Positions 37,272 to 48,235 are shown, counted from the first letter of the stretch. The stretch: DNA of 64,000 nt from Nitrosopumilaceae archaeon (GCA_965214835.1 CBDCCK010000002.1:2784001-2848000); one strand, 5' to 3'. A program made the numbers and translations. Notes: generated by a model not told the origin, from the letters alone.

Positions 37272-38921
37272 GTACGAGTTTACCCCTCAGGCGACGCTGC
37301 CAGTCAGGGTCTTGACGAGCATTTCCCTCACGCCGCACCCCCGGGCGCGCCAATTCATCGCGCACGTCATCAATACGGTGAACATCTCCATGCCTTCCAT
37401 GGTACGGAGTCCTTGGAATACCTTGCGCGCAATTACGGACGGCCTCAGCATGCGCTCGGCCAGGTTGTTGGTGGGCTCCATGCCTGGATGCAATGTGAAC
37501 GTGTAGAGAAATTCCGAGGCGTTCCCAAGCTTTGTGGCAAAGCTCTCGCATCCGGCCTCCCTGCCGAATGCCTCGGCCAGCCCGCGCGTTTCTGCCACCA
37601 GCATGTCGTGCCGGGCGGCGCCCTCCTCCTCCGGCGGCCCCAGCCCCTTGGCATGGATGAACTTTTTCTTGAGTGTACCATACAGCGCGTGGGCCTTCCG
37701 GGAGGTCTTGCCGGCCTCCCTGGCCTCCCGGAGTATGTGTGCCCAGCACCACTGCCTGGTCTTGAATGCGGCGTATACGCCGTACCCGTCGACTGTGACC
37801 GGTTTGTCATAATACGGAAAGTTCATGTCAACTACGGCCCTGCCCCTACTGGGTGCGGCCAGCGTGTGGACGCCGGCGACGGTGCCGTCCCTGTTCCTGC
37901 CCACGACCACCCATATGCGGGCCGTCCTGCCGTTGTATGGCATGGCAGTCTCGTCAATATGCAGATAATCAGAATCCCTGATGGCCTGCCTGATGCTCTC
38001 TACGCCGGGCTTTATCGCATTGGCGCCGGCCCTCAGGCACTGCAGCACGCCTGCCTCTGACACTTCTATGCCTAGGATTTCTGAGCACAGTGTGGCCGTG
38101 GCCTGTATGGAGGCAGGTGCCACGCGTATTGCGGCCATCATCCCCGTGATGTTTGGTCCAAACTCGGTTCCCGGCACGTTCCATGACCTGTCGTCTTCGA
38201 TGCACATGTTGCCACAGTCGGCGCATTTGCGCCTGTATGCGGTGTGCTGTGTCGTGACCGGCTCGGGCCTCTTGGGGGTATCGGTCACAAGCTTGGAGAA
38301 GATCTTTTTCGGCTTCTTCATGTTGGTGCTGCCGCACTTGCCGCACTTTTTGGGGCAGTGCTTTACAAACAAGGTCGGTTTTCTGGCGTGTGAGACCCCC
38401 TCGTGTCCCTGTCTGCGGCCCGGCTTTGCCTTTGCAGGTGCCGGTACATTACCTGATGCCTTTGCCGCGGCGGCCTTTTTCTGCCGGGTAGGAATAGAGT
38501 TCTGCGATGAGGGGGTGTGAGGGTTTTCGTAATATCTGATGTGCTGTCTGAGCTGCTGGTTTTCTGCTTCCAGTGCCGCGGTTTGCGCGTCAGGTGCCGT
38601 CCCTCCCCGGGGTTCGCCCTCTGGCCACCCTGGGGCGGGCCCCTTTTGCTTGAACCAGTTGATCTGTGCTGTCTGCATCAGGATTGTCACCGAGGCCTCG
38701 GCCAGCTGTTCGGCAAGCCCGACTATTGCCCGATCCCTGTCTGCGATGATTCCATCCTTCTTGTCTGATTCGGCTATGACGCGGGCCAGCTCGTCGCGCA
38801 GTATCTTGATCTCTGAATCAGGCAATGAATACAGGTGTGGTCTTGACGTATATGGATCCAGATGGTGATCAAAAGTTGGCCTCGTACTCAACCTAAACTA
38901 TAGGGAGGGGTAAACTCATAC
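37272..38921 (-). mobile_element. IS66-family single-ORF element (ISBst12-like); likely autonomous partner of MITE B
   Basis: TIR GTA(C/T)GAGTTTACCCCTC; flanking duplication CTGGCCATC. Confidence 0.9.
37287..38891 (-). CDS. IS66-family transposase
   Basis: Coiled coil, CGKCG/CADCG, HIDET, VDGYGVY, QWCWAHILR, PTNNLAERMLR. Confidence 0.92.
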   Translation of the reverse strand: MSTRPTFDHHLDPYTSRPHLYSLPDSEIKILRDELARVIAESDKKDGIIADRDRAIVGLAEQLAEASVTILMQTAQINWFKQKGPAPGWPEGEPRGGTAPDAQTAALEAENQQLRQHIRYYENPHTPSSQNSIPTRQKKAAAAKASGNVPAPAKAKPGRRQGHEGVSHARKPTLFVKHCPKKCGKCGSTNMKKPKKIFSKLVTDTPKRPEPVTTQHTAYRRKCADCGNMCIEDDRSWNVPGTEFGPNITGMMAAIRVAPASIQATATLCSEILGIEVSEAGVLQCLRAGANAIKPGVESIRQAIRDSDYLHIDETAMPYNGRTARIWVVVGRNRDGTVAGVHTLAAPSRGRAVVDMNFPYYDKPVTVDGYGVYAAFKTRQWCWAHILREAREAGKTSRKAHALYGTLKKKFIHAKGLGPPEEEGAARHDMLVAETRGLAEAFGREAGCESFATKLGNASEFLYTFTLHPGMEPTNNLAERMLRPSVIARKVFQGLRTMEGMEMFTVLMTCAMNWRARGCGVREMLVKTLTGSVA

Positions 38922-38950
38922 CTGGCCATCAGTGGGACGTGACCCCATAC

Positions 38951-39590
38951 GAATACGACTATTGCCATGACGTTCGTGCCGCAATACTCCCCCGGCAGCA
39001 CGGCGGAGGTGTGCTTTTTCTTGCATGACTTGCAGTAGCGCCTGATAACGCTCCATTGCATCTTGATCCACCTGCCGTCGATCAGATCCCCGAGAGATCC
39101 TTGAGTACTCTTCGGATCAGTCAGAGCTTGTTGCCGCACCAAGGGCAGGACTAGGCGTCTGCTGCACATGTACGTGTGACGGCCTTTCTTGCGTGTCTCT
39201 TTTGTGGCCTCCCTTTGGTGGTGCGGGAGATTATTGAGCTTGTGCACGTTATAGCCGCGGGAGTTTGGCTTCTTACGGGCCTACTTTGGAAGAGTCGCCC
39301 GTCGACTCGGATCCCGTTGCCGCCGTCCGTTGTTGGCCAAGCAGTGCCTTAGCCGTTGATTCCCTTTTTATAGCTGCTGGTATTTGCTTTGCACCTACTG
39401 GCTTTCGCTCTGCAGCTGTTGGATCTCTTTTTCAACCTTCCCCATCCCTGGCTTTAGGTATTCAAACAGGTGGAGCGCGTCTGGATTGTTCCAGTCCACA
39501 TCCTCAATGTCAGGATCCCCGACCGATACTTGGAAAGCAGGTTCCGTGATCTTTGTGTGGCAGGATAACCCCTAGGCAGAATAAGTCATG
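38951..39590 (-). pseudogene. Degraded IS66-like transposase N-terminal remnant
   Basis: RRYCKSCKK...PGEYCGTN fragment; multiple stops. Confidence 0.5.
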
Positions 39591-39678
39591 ACCCCCCCCC
39601 CCCTGCCGGACAGGCATGAAAACCACAGTTGCAAGCAAATGCATGCCTTGCTGCTGCCTAGGCAGGTGCTGTCCTATT

Positions 39679-39758
39679 AGACTTTATGCGTAATCGACCT
39701 GAATGAGATGGATTTGTTCGTAATAATCCTAGATCTGAGCCGATTACGCATAAGGTCT
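39679..39758. mobile_element. MITE family C (80 bp; ends of the 15851-18988 IS5)
   Basis: AGACTTTATGCGTAATCG / CGATTACGCATAAGGTCT; 3-bp TSD ATT; inserted in a degenerate IS66-type end (CTAGGCAGG...CCTATTAC). Confidence 0.8.
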
Positions 39759-39832
39759 ATTACGTGCTGTCCGGAAGGCCTCCGAGGCGGCAAGATTCAC
39801 GCCCAAGCCTCCAGAACCCGAGCTGCCACGCA

Positions 39833-41899
39833 GTACAACTTCAGGTCCTTTTTATACTGACAGTCAAACATTTTTGGGCAGCATCTTATGATCAGATGCC
39901 CCTGCGAACATGGCTGAACATCAGACATTTGTGATCAGACATTGCAGGTTTGGAATTTACGGGAGTGACATAATATCGGCATCTTGGTCAAAGAATTTCG
40001 ATGGAAATCTTTTTTGATCTTGCCTGTCTGATGTAACATATGGACTCCAAAGCCGTGCTTGCACGCTGTACGGATCCTAGAAAGGCACTTGTCATGATCA
40101 TGGAGCAAGATGAGAAGATCTCCGGGCTGGAAAAAGAACTCTCTATTGTCAAGAAGGAGAATGCGGATGTCAAGAAGGAGAATGCTGAGCTTCAGGCAAG
40201 GCTTGCCCTGTACGAGAGTCCCAACATGCCCACGTCCACGCCGTCATTATACAATGATGCCAGAAAAAAGTTCAGGGAGAAAAGGGGCGAGGATCCCGGC
40301 GGCAGTCCCGGCGATGCGGCCAGGGGCAAGAAACGCGGCCCTCCGTGCGGACACCATGGTACATCGCACGGCAACCGGCCATCCATGACATTAAGGTACG
40401 ATCTTGATTTCAAAATATGCCCAAAGTGCAACATCCAGTTACGGATGCTCAAGCCGATCCACAAGCTTGTCAACGATCTGGACGGCTCCATGCGCATGAT
40501 TACTGCCAATGCCATCATCCAAAACGCGGTGTGTCCACAGTGCAATACCGTGCATGTCGCAGCTACCCCGTTTCTAGGCGGCACGTCACTTGGGCCCGTC
40601 TCACTCTCTCTAATCATGATGTTCTTTGAGAAGGGAAACATAGACGAGGACATTGCAGAGTACTTTCAGTATATGTTTGGATTCAAGATGGCCCCAAATA
40701 CCGTGACTGCCGCCCGGCACGCAGTGGCAGAGGCACTCCGGCAAAACATGATACAATGCATACAGACATTCATTGCGGGCAGGCCGTGGATACAGATGGA
40801 CGAGACCGGCTTTAAGCGCGGCGACGGACACACGGGGTACGTCTGGGTGCTCAACTGTGCGGGGGCGTGCTTTGTGGTCTTTGCAGATTCCCGGTCCTCT
40901 GAGGTACTGCACACGCACTTTGGATGGCTGGATCCCAGGGTTCCCATAGTCGTCGACGGGCTGGCCCAGTACAAGCTGTTCTTTGAGATAATCCAGAGGT
41001 GCTGGAGGCACCTTCTGGCGTATGCAGAAAAGCTTGCAGTAAAGATGCCCGAAGGCGATGATGGGAAAAGGTATGACTTGCTGCTGGAATTTTACAGGGA
41101 GGTAAAAAAGATCAAAGACGCTTGCGTCGCTTACATACATGGAGCTTTCAAGGGAGGCATACAAAATAATCAGCCCGTATGAGGACGATCACGTGCGTAC
41201 ACACCTGCTAAACGCCATACCCAACATGTTTACGTTTCTAGCGCGTCCGGGAATGCCGCCGCACAACAACGATACGGAGCGATGCATACGCGACGGGATC
41301 ATACCACAGCGCAATGCGCGCCACAAGATCGTAACTGACGGGGGAAGAAAGACGGCTTCTGCGCTGCTGACGTTCTCGATGACATGCCGCAAGCAAAACA
41401 TACATCCTGCCGGTGGACTCTTGAAATACCTGCGGGATCCGGGCTGGGATATCTTTGCAGGGGCCAAGGATGACGCGCACCTGCTGTCCTCGCTTGTCAA
41501 TACGGACGGTACAAGATACAGTGTCTTTGAGTGTCCCGGGCCGCCGCCGGTGTGGCCGCCTGCAGCAGGTGCAGGCAAGGGGGCGGTACGCTGGAACCAG
41601 ACGGCCGTCGTACCCGTAGCCCCGATGGCACTTTGATCCGTCTGGCGCCTACGGGACGGCGTAACCCGTAGCCTCATATCGAAGGATCCGGCTGAATCTG
41701 CCAGTCAACGGCACCGAATGCAACAGTTTCTGATTGCCTGCAGGTGCCGTCTGTCAATGTGTTGCCTGCACGGCGCCGGTTCTGGCATGTACAAAGGATG
41801 TGTGGTGATGCAACGGGTCTGTCACAACGGATGCGGAAGGATCAAAAAGTTCCGGACAAAAAGTTCCCTGGGCGCTTTAAATAGGACCTGAAGTTGTAC
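39833..41899 (+). mobile_element. IS66-family element A, copy 1 (2067 bp)
   Basis: Perfect 17-bp TIR GTACAACTTCAGGTCCT; 8-bp TSD GCCACGCA. Confidence 0.93.
40040..41636 (+). pseudogene. IS66-family transposase split into two frames near 41104-41117
   Basis: QMDETG, VDG, QRCWRH in ORF1; PHNNDTERCIR in the +1 frame ORF2. Confidence 0.85.
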
Positions 41900-41980
41900 G
41901 CCACGCATGATGCGTCAAAATCATGATCCGTTTTTTGGCGTGCGCACCGCGGTTTTCGTTTTTGCGCTAGCGTCCGGCAC

Positions 41981-42373
41981 TCAGGGGTGGGAGCAAAGCT
42001 CTGTCAGCACGCCCTCCAGGGACTTGGGATGGATGAACGTGACCCGGGTTCCCTCAGAGCCGGGCCTCACCTTCCCCAGAAACCGGATGCCGCAGTCCTC
42101 CATGCGGGAGACCTCGGCGTCAATGTCGTCAGTCTGCAGGGCCACGTGATGCAGGCCCTGCCCCTTCTTCTCCAGGAACCGCCTGATCGGGCTGTCGTCT
42201 CTTGTCGGCTCCATCAGCTCGATTCTGCCGTTTTCCAGCCTTATGATGGCGACTCTGACGCCCTCGGTCTCGACGGTCTCAAACTCGACATGATCGACGC
42301 CCAGCGCCTCCCGGTATACCTTGGCAGATGCCTCAACGTCGCTTACCGCGATCGCAATGTGGTCTATCCTCAT
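41981..42373 (-). CDS. mce: Methylmalonyl-CoA epimerase
   Basis: IDHIAIAV, IELMEP, GLHHVA, FIHPK, ELC; adjacent to the mutase gene. Confidence 0.95.
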   Translation of the reverse strand: MRIDHIAIAVSDVEASAKVYREALGVDHVEFETVETEGVRVAIIRLENGRIELMEPTRDDSPIRRFLEKKGQGLHHVALQTDDIDAEVSRMEDCGIRFLGKVRPGSEGTRVTFIHPKSLEGVLTELCSHP

Positions 42374-43978
42374 CTAGAACACCTCCCTTGGCCGGTATTC
42401 GCCAAAGACCCTGCGGAACGAGTCGCTGATCTCGCCGGTCGTCGCATATGCCTTGGCCGCATCGATGATGTAGGGCATCAGGTTCCCGTCGGTCTCGGCT
42501 GCCGCCTCCATTGCAGACAGGGCCTTTTCGACCTTGGAGGCGTCCCGGGATGAGCGCAGCCTCCCTAGCGCCCTTTTCTGCTGGACCTCGATCTTGCCGC
42601 CGACCCGCAGCAGGTCAGGCTGCTTTTCTGCCTCCGTATACCTGTTGACGCCCACCAGGATTCTCTGGCCGTCGTCTGCCTCTTTTTTCAGGCGGTATGC
42701 GTTCTGCCGGATTTCTGACTGGAAAAAGCCCCTCTCGATTGCGCGCACAGAGCCGCCCATCCTCTCAATCCGCCTGAGGTACTTCCAGACGCCGTCCTCG
42801 ATTTGATCGCACAGCTCCTCAAGATAGTAGGAGCCGGCCATCGGGTCGGCAGTCTTGGTCACGCCGCTCTCGTGCGCCACGATCTGCTGGGTCCGGAGCG
42901 CGATTTTCGCGGATTCCTGGGTGGGCAGCGCCAGCGCCTCGTCCCTGGAATTTGTGTGAAGCGACTGGGTGCCGCCCATTACTGCGGCCATGGTCTGGAT
43001 GGCCACGCGCACGATGTTGTTGTCAGGCTGCTGCGCCGTGAGCGACTCGCCGCTGGTCTGCGTGTGGAACTTTAGCTGCATTGACTTTGGGTTCCTGGCG
43101 TGAAACATCTCCCGGAGGATTTTGGCATACACCCTTCTTGCGACGCGGAACTTTGCGACCTCCTCGAAGAACTCTATGGTACAGCAGAAGAAAAACGACA
43201 GCCGCGGGGCAAAGTCGTCAATCCCCAGGCCCCTGTCTATGCATGTCCGGATGTAGGCAATCGCGTTTGCAAGCGTGAATGCCACCTCCTGCGTCGCGGT
43301 GCACCCTGCCTCCCTCATGTGATAGCCGGAGATCGATACCGGATACCAGGACGGAACCTCCTGCGCGCAGTAGCCTATCATGTCGCCAATCAGCCTCATC
43401 GAGGGCTGCGGCGGATAGATGTAGGTATTCCTTGCGATGTACTCCTTGAGGATGTCGTTCTGTGTGGTTCCCCGGAGCTGCCGGCTTTGGAATCCCTGGG
43501 ACTGGCCCACTGCTATATAGTATGCAAGCAGGGTGGATGCCGTCGAGTTGATCGTCATCGAGGAGCTTACCCTGCCCAGCGGAATCCCCTCAAAGGCAGT
43601 CATCATGTCCTTTAGTGACGCAATCGAGACGCCCACCTTGCCGACCTCGCCCTCGGCCTGTGCCGAGTCCGGATCGTAGCCGATCTGTGTCGGCAGATCA
43701 AAGGCCATGCTGAGGCCGGTCTGCCCCTTTTCAAGCATGAACTTGAATCGCTCGTTGGTGAGTCTTGCATCGCCGAATCCGGAGTACTGGCGCATGGTCC
43801 AGAGCCTGTCACGGTACATTCCCGGGTGGATTCCACGCGTGAACGGGTACCTTCCGGCATCCTCGGCAGGCCTCTTTTTTGCAGATCCCCTGTAGATCCG
43901 CTTTACTGCAAAGTTAGAATCAGTAAAGATCTTCCTTTCTGGCTCTTTTGCCGTTTTTGTAGGTTTTTTTGCCGCCAT
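42374..43978 (-). CDS. mcmA: Methylmalonyl-CoA mutase, large (substrate-binding) subunit
   Basis: YPFTRG, WTMRQYSGF, FDLPTQ, QNDILKEY, SISGYHMREAG, QSLHTNSRDEA; no B12-binding domain. Confidence 0.95.
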   Translation of the reverse strand: MAAKKPTKTAKEPERKIFTDSNFAVKRIYRGSAKKRPAEDAGRYPFTRGIHPGMYRDRLWTMRQYSGFGDARLTNERFKFMLEKGQTGLSMAFDLPTQIGYDPDSAQAEGEVGKVGVSIASLKDMMTAFEGIPLGRVSSSMTINSTASTLLAYYIAVGQSQGFQSRQLRGTTQNDILKEYIARNTYIYPPQPSMRLIGDMIGYCAQEVPSWYPVSISGYHMREAGCTATQEVAFTLANAIAYIRTCIDRGLGIDDFAPRLSFFFCCTIEFFEEVAKFRVARRVYAKILREMFHARNPKSMQLKFHTQTSGESLTAQQPDNNIVRVAIQTMAAVMGGTQSLHTNSRDEALALPTQESAKIALRTQQIVAHESGVTKTADPMAGSYYLEELCDQIEDGVWKYLRRIERMGGSVRAIERGFFQSEIRQNAYRLKKEADDGQRILVGVNRYTEAEKQPDLLRVGGKIEVQQKRALGRLRSSRDASKVEKALSAMEAAAETDGNLMPYIIDAAKAYATTGEISDSFRRVFGEYRPREVF

Positions 43979-43984
43979 GCCCAG

Positions 43985-44902
43985 TCACCCCAGTATTGAC
44001 CTCGAGATTCTGTCTCCTGCCTCAAGCGGGTCTATCTTCCCAGATTTTAGTTTTTTAAGACAACTGGCGTATGTCTTGCTAGAGCCAAGCATGGTATCGA
44101 TCTGTCCTGCTATGTTATTTAAAACAATATCGCGCAGCTCGCCCTCCAGACGGATTGGATCCCTTTCCTTTTTCTCCTTTTTCTTGGCAGCCATCATCCC
44201 CTTGAGCTGCCTTGCAAACTCCTTGATTCCCCTGTTTTTCTTGGCAGATGTCTTTAGGATTACGGGTTTTTTCTGGGAGGTCCCGATATGATCCAGGACT
44301 GCATCGAAGAGCTGGGATGCCCCATCCAGGTCAGACTTGTTTACAATGTACATGTCCCCGATCTCGGTCAGTCCTGCCTTGATGGCCTGGATGCTGTCGC
44401 CGGTATGGGGATTGAAGACGACTACGGTGACATCGGCGATGTTGGAGATCTCTACCTCCGTCTGCCCGGCCCCCACGCTCTCTATGATTATCGGGTTGAA
44501 TCCCGCATATTCCAGGACGCGGATGCTGTTGCGCAGCGAGCGCGATACGGCACCAGCAGAGCCGCGGGATGCAATGCTCCTGATATAGGTTCCCGAGTCC
44601 GTCGATTCGGTCATCCTGACCCTGTCGCCCAAGATTGCTCCGCCGGTAAGATGGCTGGTGGGATCGACGGCAAGGACGGCAGGCTTGGTCTTGAGCCTTC
44701 GAAGCTCGACTGTGGTCTTGTCGATAAGCGAGCTTTTCCCGGCGCCGGCAGGACCGGTTATGCCTATTACGATGGACTTGCCGGGGCCACGGAAGATCTC
44801 CTTTAGGAGCCTTCTGGTTCCCTTTTGATCGTTTTCGACGACGGAGATTGCCCTGGCAATTGCGCCGCGCCTTCCCCTCTTTAGATCGGCTAGCATGTCC
44901 AA
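43985..44902 (-). CDS. meaB: Methylmalonyl-CoA mutase-associated GTPase MeaB
   Basis: GITGPAGAGKSS, AVDPTS...GAILGDRVRM, ESVGAGQ, NKSD. Confidence 0.95.
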   Translation of the reverse strand: MDMLADLKRGRRGAIARAISVVENDQKGTRRLLKEIFRGPGKSIVIGITGPAGAGKSSLIDKTTVELRRLKTKPAVLAVDPTSHLTGGAILGDRVRMTESTDSGTYIRSIASRGSAGAVSRSLRNSIRVLEYAGFNPIIIESVGAGQTEVEISNIADVTVVVFNPHTGDSIQAIKAGLTEIGDMYIVNKSDLDGASQLFDAVLDHIGTSQKKPVILKTSAKKNRGIKEFARQLKGMMAAKKKEKKERDPIRLEGELRDIVLNNIAGQIDTMLGSSKTYASCLKKLKSGKIDPLEAGDRISRSILG

Positions 44903-44949
44903 CAGTTATGGTGGATTTTTACTGCAATAAAATCTTGCAGGTGATCCGG

Positions 44950-45357
44950 TCACAGGTAGCTGTATATCACCGCAGGCTTGGGCTCTCCGGGGGCTCGGAT
45001 CTCTGTCTTTAGTCCAACCTTTCCCAGCTCCGGATGCTCTATTACAAACGTGACAGGATGCACCTTCCATCCGTACTTTGGGGGCAGTCCGAAGGCGACT
45101 TCCTCGACAAAGCTGGTCTCTTCATAGTATCTCTGAAACGTCTCATCCATTCCCAGAACCTCCATTGTTACAGATGTCGACTGGCTGCCCGTATCCTCAA
45201 AGGAGATCCGCACGAGTCCCTGCTCCTCATGATATGTTGCATCAACGACAAACGTGCCGCCAAGATCCGGCGGTCCGCCTGCGCCTGCAACAAGAAACAG
45301 CACCGCAAGGCCGGTGACGACTATGATGCCAAAAACAGACATTGTCTTTGCAATCAT
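44950..45357 (-). CDS. Conserved thaumarchaeal exported protein
   Basis: N-terminal TM/signal; PKYGWKVHPVTF; within the backbone operon. Confidence 0.75.
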   Translation of the reverse strand: MIAKTMSVFGIIVVTGLAVLFLVAGAGGPPDLGGTFVVDATYHEEQGLVRISFEDTGSQSTSVTMEVLGMDETFQRYYEETSFVEEVAFGLPPKYGWKVHPVTFVIEHPELGKVGLKTEIRAPGEPKPAVIYSYL

Positions 45358-45363
45358 ATCAGA

Positions 45364-47862
45364 TCAGCTGCTTTTCAGATCCTCTTTGACGGATGCAAGG
45401 AACCTTGAGCGTATGCGCATTCGCTCCAGGGTCTGCTCCAGGGTTCTGTCGGTTCCCGGGGTGGGGTTCTTTTTGAAAAACGACCGGATCTCCTTTTCTG
45501 CCTTTGCATCTGCTGCCTGGCCAATGCTTGCAACGATTCTGTTGAACAGTAGATTTCCGTGCCCTACCTTTTTGCTGAGCTTTGTCCAGTTCTTCTGAAG
45601 CCAGGGCCAGAGGATTTCCCTTCCGTGCGGATTGGCCGCAACGCGCATTATTGGCAGCTGCATGTTCTGCGAGCGCACCTCCGGTGTTTGTGAGAAGTTC
45701 AGCGTCCTGACAAGCAGCCTCCTGTCCTGGAAGTTGCACAGTGCGCCCAGGAACCGGAGCTTTTCCTCCTGGGTCTTGGTCTTTTTGAAGAGATCCGTAA
45801 GCTGCGCATGTGTCTTAGAGTCGCCGTTCCATGCCACAGCGGAGAACACGGCCTCACGCAGGTCTGGGTGCAGGGAATGCGGCCGTTTCAGGAACGCCCT
45901 GAACCTGGATTCGGCCTCCCCGGCTACCTGCTCGTCGCCCAGTCTTGCCAGGGCAGAGATCGTAAAGCCTCGAAGCAGTGCATCGGTGTGTCGGTCAGAC
46001 TTTTTGGGATTCCAGCCCAGCCGGTGCAGCAGGTGCCTGAAATAGTTCATGGCATGACCCCGGATCACCTCAGATGTGGGCTCCCAGTAGGTCATCAGAA
46101 ACAACGAGTAGATGTTGCGCGCTACGTTTACGGATACAAGATAGCTGTCCTCCTCAAAGTATGCGTCGCTAAAGTCAAGATAGTTTCCCACGGTATCGTC
46201 TCCAGACATGCACAGTGCAAACAGGTCGTTTTGGACTGCCCACCGGTCAACGTGGGGGATTCGCTTTTGATCTACTAGCATCTTCAGATCAAGGAGGATT
46301 CCGGCATCATACTTTGTGCGGTAGAATCCGTTTCTGCCCCGATTGACTATAGGGGTGGAGTTTTCGAGAACCCTGATGTTCTTTGATTTCGAGGTCAAAA
46401 GATGGCCCTGGTGCCGGGTGCCAGCAGAGACGTCGACTGGGATCTGCCACAGTCCCCTTTGGTGCCTTTTGTCAGGCTCTAGCAGGAACCGTTTTTGCCG
46501 GAGTCTGACACCGGTCCCGTTCTTGCTCACCTCAAGCACGGGAAAGCCCGGCTGTCTGAGCCAGCTGTTCACCATGGATTTTACAGGCTTGCCTGAGGCC
46601 TCGCCGATTGCCGACCATAGATCGTCGCCTGCGGCGTTTTGGTACTTGAACTGCGACAGATATCTTCTCAGGCCCTTCCTAAAGCTGGGCTCGCCCACGT
46701 AGTTCTCAAGCATCCGCAGGATGCAGCCGCCCTTGTCATAGGATATGGCATCGAAGATCTCCCGGATCTGGGCAGGGCTGTCTACCTTGACATCGATGGG
46801 ATGGGTGGACTTGAGGGAGTCAAGATCCATTGCAGTGTTCATCGCGTCTTCGACGAACTGATCCCACAGTTCCCACTCCGGATAGAACATGTCAACGAAC
46901 TTTGTTGCCATAAACGTGGCAAAGCTTTCGTTGAGCCACAGGTCGTTCCACCACCTCATGGTCACGAGGTTTCCAAACCACTGGTGTGCAATCTCGTGTG
47001 AGATGACCTCCGCAATGAACTGCTTTGTCCTAGTAGAAGAGGTCCGGGGATCATAGAGCAGGATCGTCTCCCTGAACGTGATTGCGCCCCAGTTCTCCAT
47101 GGCGCCTGCCGCAAAGTCTGGTATTGCAAGAAGGTCGAGTTTTGGCAGTGGGTACTTTATGCCGAAATACTTCTCATAAGATGCAAGCAGTCTCTTTGCA
47201 AGATCCAGTGAGAACCTGCCGTGGGCCTTGTTTCCCCTGGTTGTGATCACCCGGACGCTTGTCCTGCCGGATCTGCCCGATATGTATTCAAATTCTCCCA
47301 CCCCGAGATAAACAAGGTAGGTTGACATGACAGGAGTGGTGTCGAACCGGTGGCGGGTCTTCCTGCCAAGCTTCCTCCTGGAGACTGCCGGCATGTTGGA
47401 GACTGCCATGTAGTTGCTTTCAGCAGTTATTGCAATGTCAAAGGTGGCCTTTGCCTGGGGCTCATCCCAGCAGGGAAACGCACGCCTAGCATCGGCTGCC
47501 TCAAACTGGGTTGTGGCCATGTACTTTGTCTTAGAGCCGACCTTGTACTGGCTGCGATAAAATCCCAGCAGCCGGTCATTTAAGACCCCGGCAAAGTCAA
47601 TCTCTAGGACAAACCTGCCCCTGACCGGGGATCCCGTTGTTATGTGAAGCTGCTCGGATTTTTCATCCAGCCGGGTCTTGGCCCGTGTCTTGGAGTCTCC
47701 ATGCACGATATGGCAGGACTTGATCTTGAGCTCTGCTGCATGGATCGATATTTTGCTGGTAGGCCTGCTGGCAACTGCCGTAATGACTTCCCTGCCGGCA
47801 AACGTGAAGTTTTTGAGGTCTGGCTCAAATTCCAGATCATAGTTTATTGGAGATACCAGCAT
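45364..47862 (-). CDS. M1-family aminopeptidase (puromycin-sensitive/Tricorn-factor-like)
   Basis: TQFEAADARRAFPCWDEP, GAMENWG, HEIAHQW...LWLNE; probable ATG at 47862 (the longer ORF start lies in a MITE). Confidence 0.93.
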   Translation of the reverse strand: MLVSPINYDLEFEPDLKNFTFAGREVITAVASRPTSKISIHAAELKIKSCHIVHGDSKTRAKTRLDEKSEQLHITTGSPVRGRFVLEIDFAGVLNDRLLGFYRSQYKVGSKTKYMATTQFEAADARRAFPCWDEPQAKATFDIAITAESNYMAVSNMPAVSRRKLGRKTRHRFDTTPVMSTYLVYLGVGEFEYISGRSGRTSVRVITTRGNKAHGRFSLDLAKRLLASYEKYFGIKYPLPKLDLLAIPDFAAGAMENWGAITFRETILLYDPRTSSTRTKQFIAEVISHEIAHQWFGNLVTMRWWNDLWLNESFATFMATKFVDMFYPEWELWDQFVEDAMNTAMDLDSLKSTHPIDVKVDSPAQIREIFDAISYDKGGCILRMLENYVGEPSFRKGLRRYLSQFKYQNAAGDDLWSAIGEASGKPVKSMVNSWLRQPGFPVLEVSKNGTGVRLRQKRFLLEPDKRHQRGLWQIPVDVSAGTRHQGHLLTSKSKNIRVLENSTPIVNRGRNGFYRTKYDAGILLDLKMLVDQKRIPHVDRWAVQNDLFALCMSGDDTVGNYLDFSDAYFEEDSYLVSVNVARNIYSLFLMTYWEPTSEVIRGHAMNYFRHLLHRLGWNPKKSDRHTDALLRGFTISALARLGDEQVAGEAESRFRAFLKRPHSLHPDLREAVFSAVAWNGDSKTHAQLTDLFKKTKTQEEKLRFLGALCNFQDRRLLVRTLNFSQTPEVRSQNMQLPIMRVAANPHGREILWPWLQKNWTKLSKKVGHGNLLFNRIVASIGQAADAKAEKEIRSFFKKNPTPGTDRTLEQTLERMRIRSRFLASVKEDLKSS

Positions 47863-47934
47863 GGGATTTGGCTCTTTGTACGGCCTTAAGTAGATTGGCG
47901 TCTGAGGTGTTTGGCCAGAGTTTTTCCAGAAATC

Positions 47935-48122
47935 GCAAGAGTTTGCCTCCCAGGTAGCACTGCTGGCCAAGGCCTTGATCGCCATGCCCGCCACGCCATA
48001 TTTTCGGTGGATAAACCCCTACCACCAAGATGCAAGAGTTTACCCCGCCCCCGAGATGCGGCGTGGCAGGCGTGATCATAAAGACTCCGGCCAGCAGTGT
48101 CACCTGAAGGGTAAACTCACAC
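47935..48122. mobile_element. Two adjacent, oppositely oriented MITE family B copies (47935-48022, 48032-48122)
   Basis: GCAAGAGTTT(G/A)CC starts; internal CACTGCTGGCC / GGCCAGCAGTG. Confidence 0.7.
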
Positions 48123-48235
48123 CGAGATAGTGAAAGAGGTATTATGCCAAGATCTACTATGAACGTCATGAGGGTGTGCCTCTGGCTGCTATGCCAGATC
48201 TACCCACGGCGTTCCGTCTAGCAGCACCGGGGATC

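Larger units (their letters stand above)
37209..38950. mobile_element. MITE family A split by an IS66-like element
   Basis: GTACGAGGCCAC...CTGGCCATC [IS] CTGGCCATC...GTGACCCCATAC. Confidence 0.7.

Noticed and set aside
47863-47994. N-terminal extension of the M1 aminopeptidase
   Set aside because: Start lies within a MITE B copy
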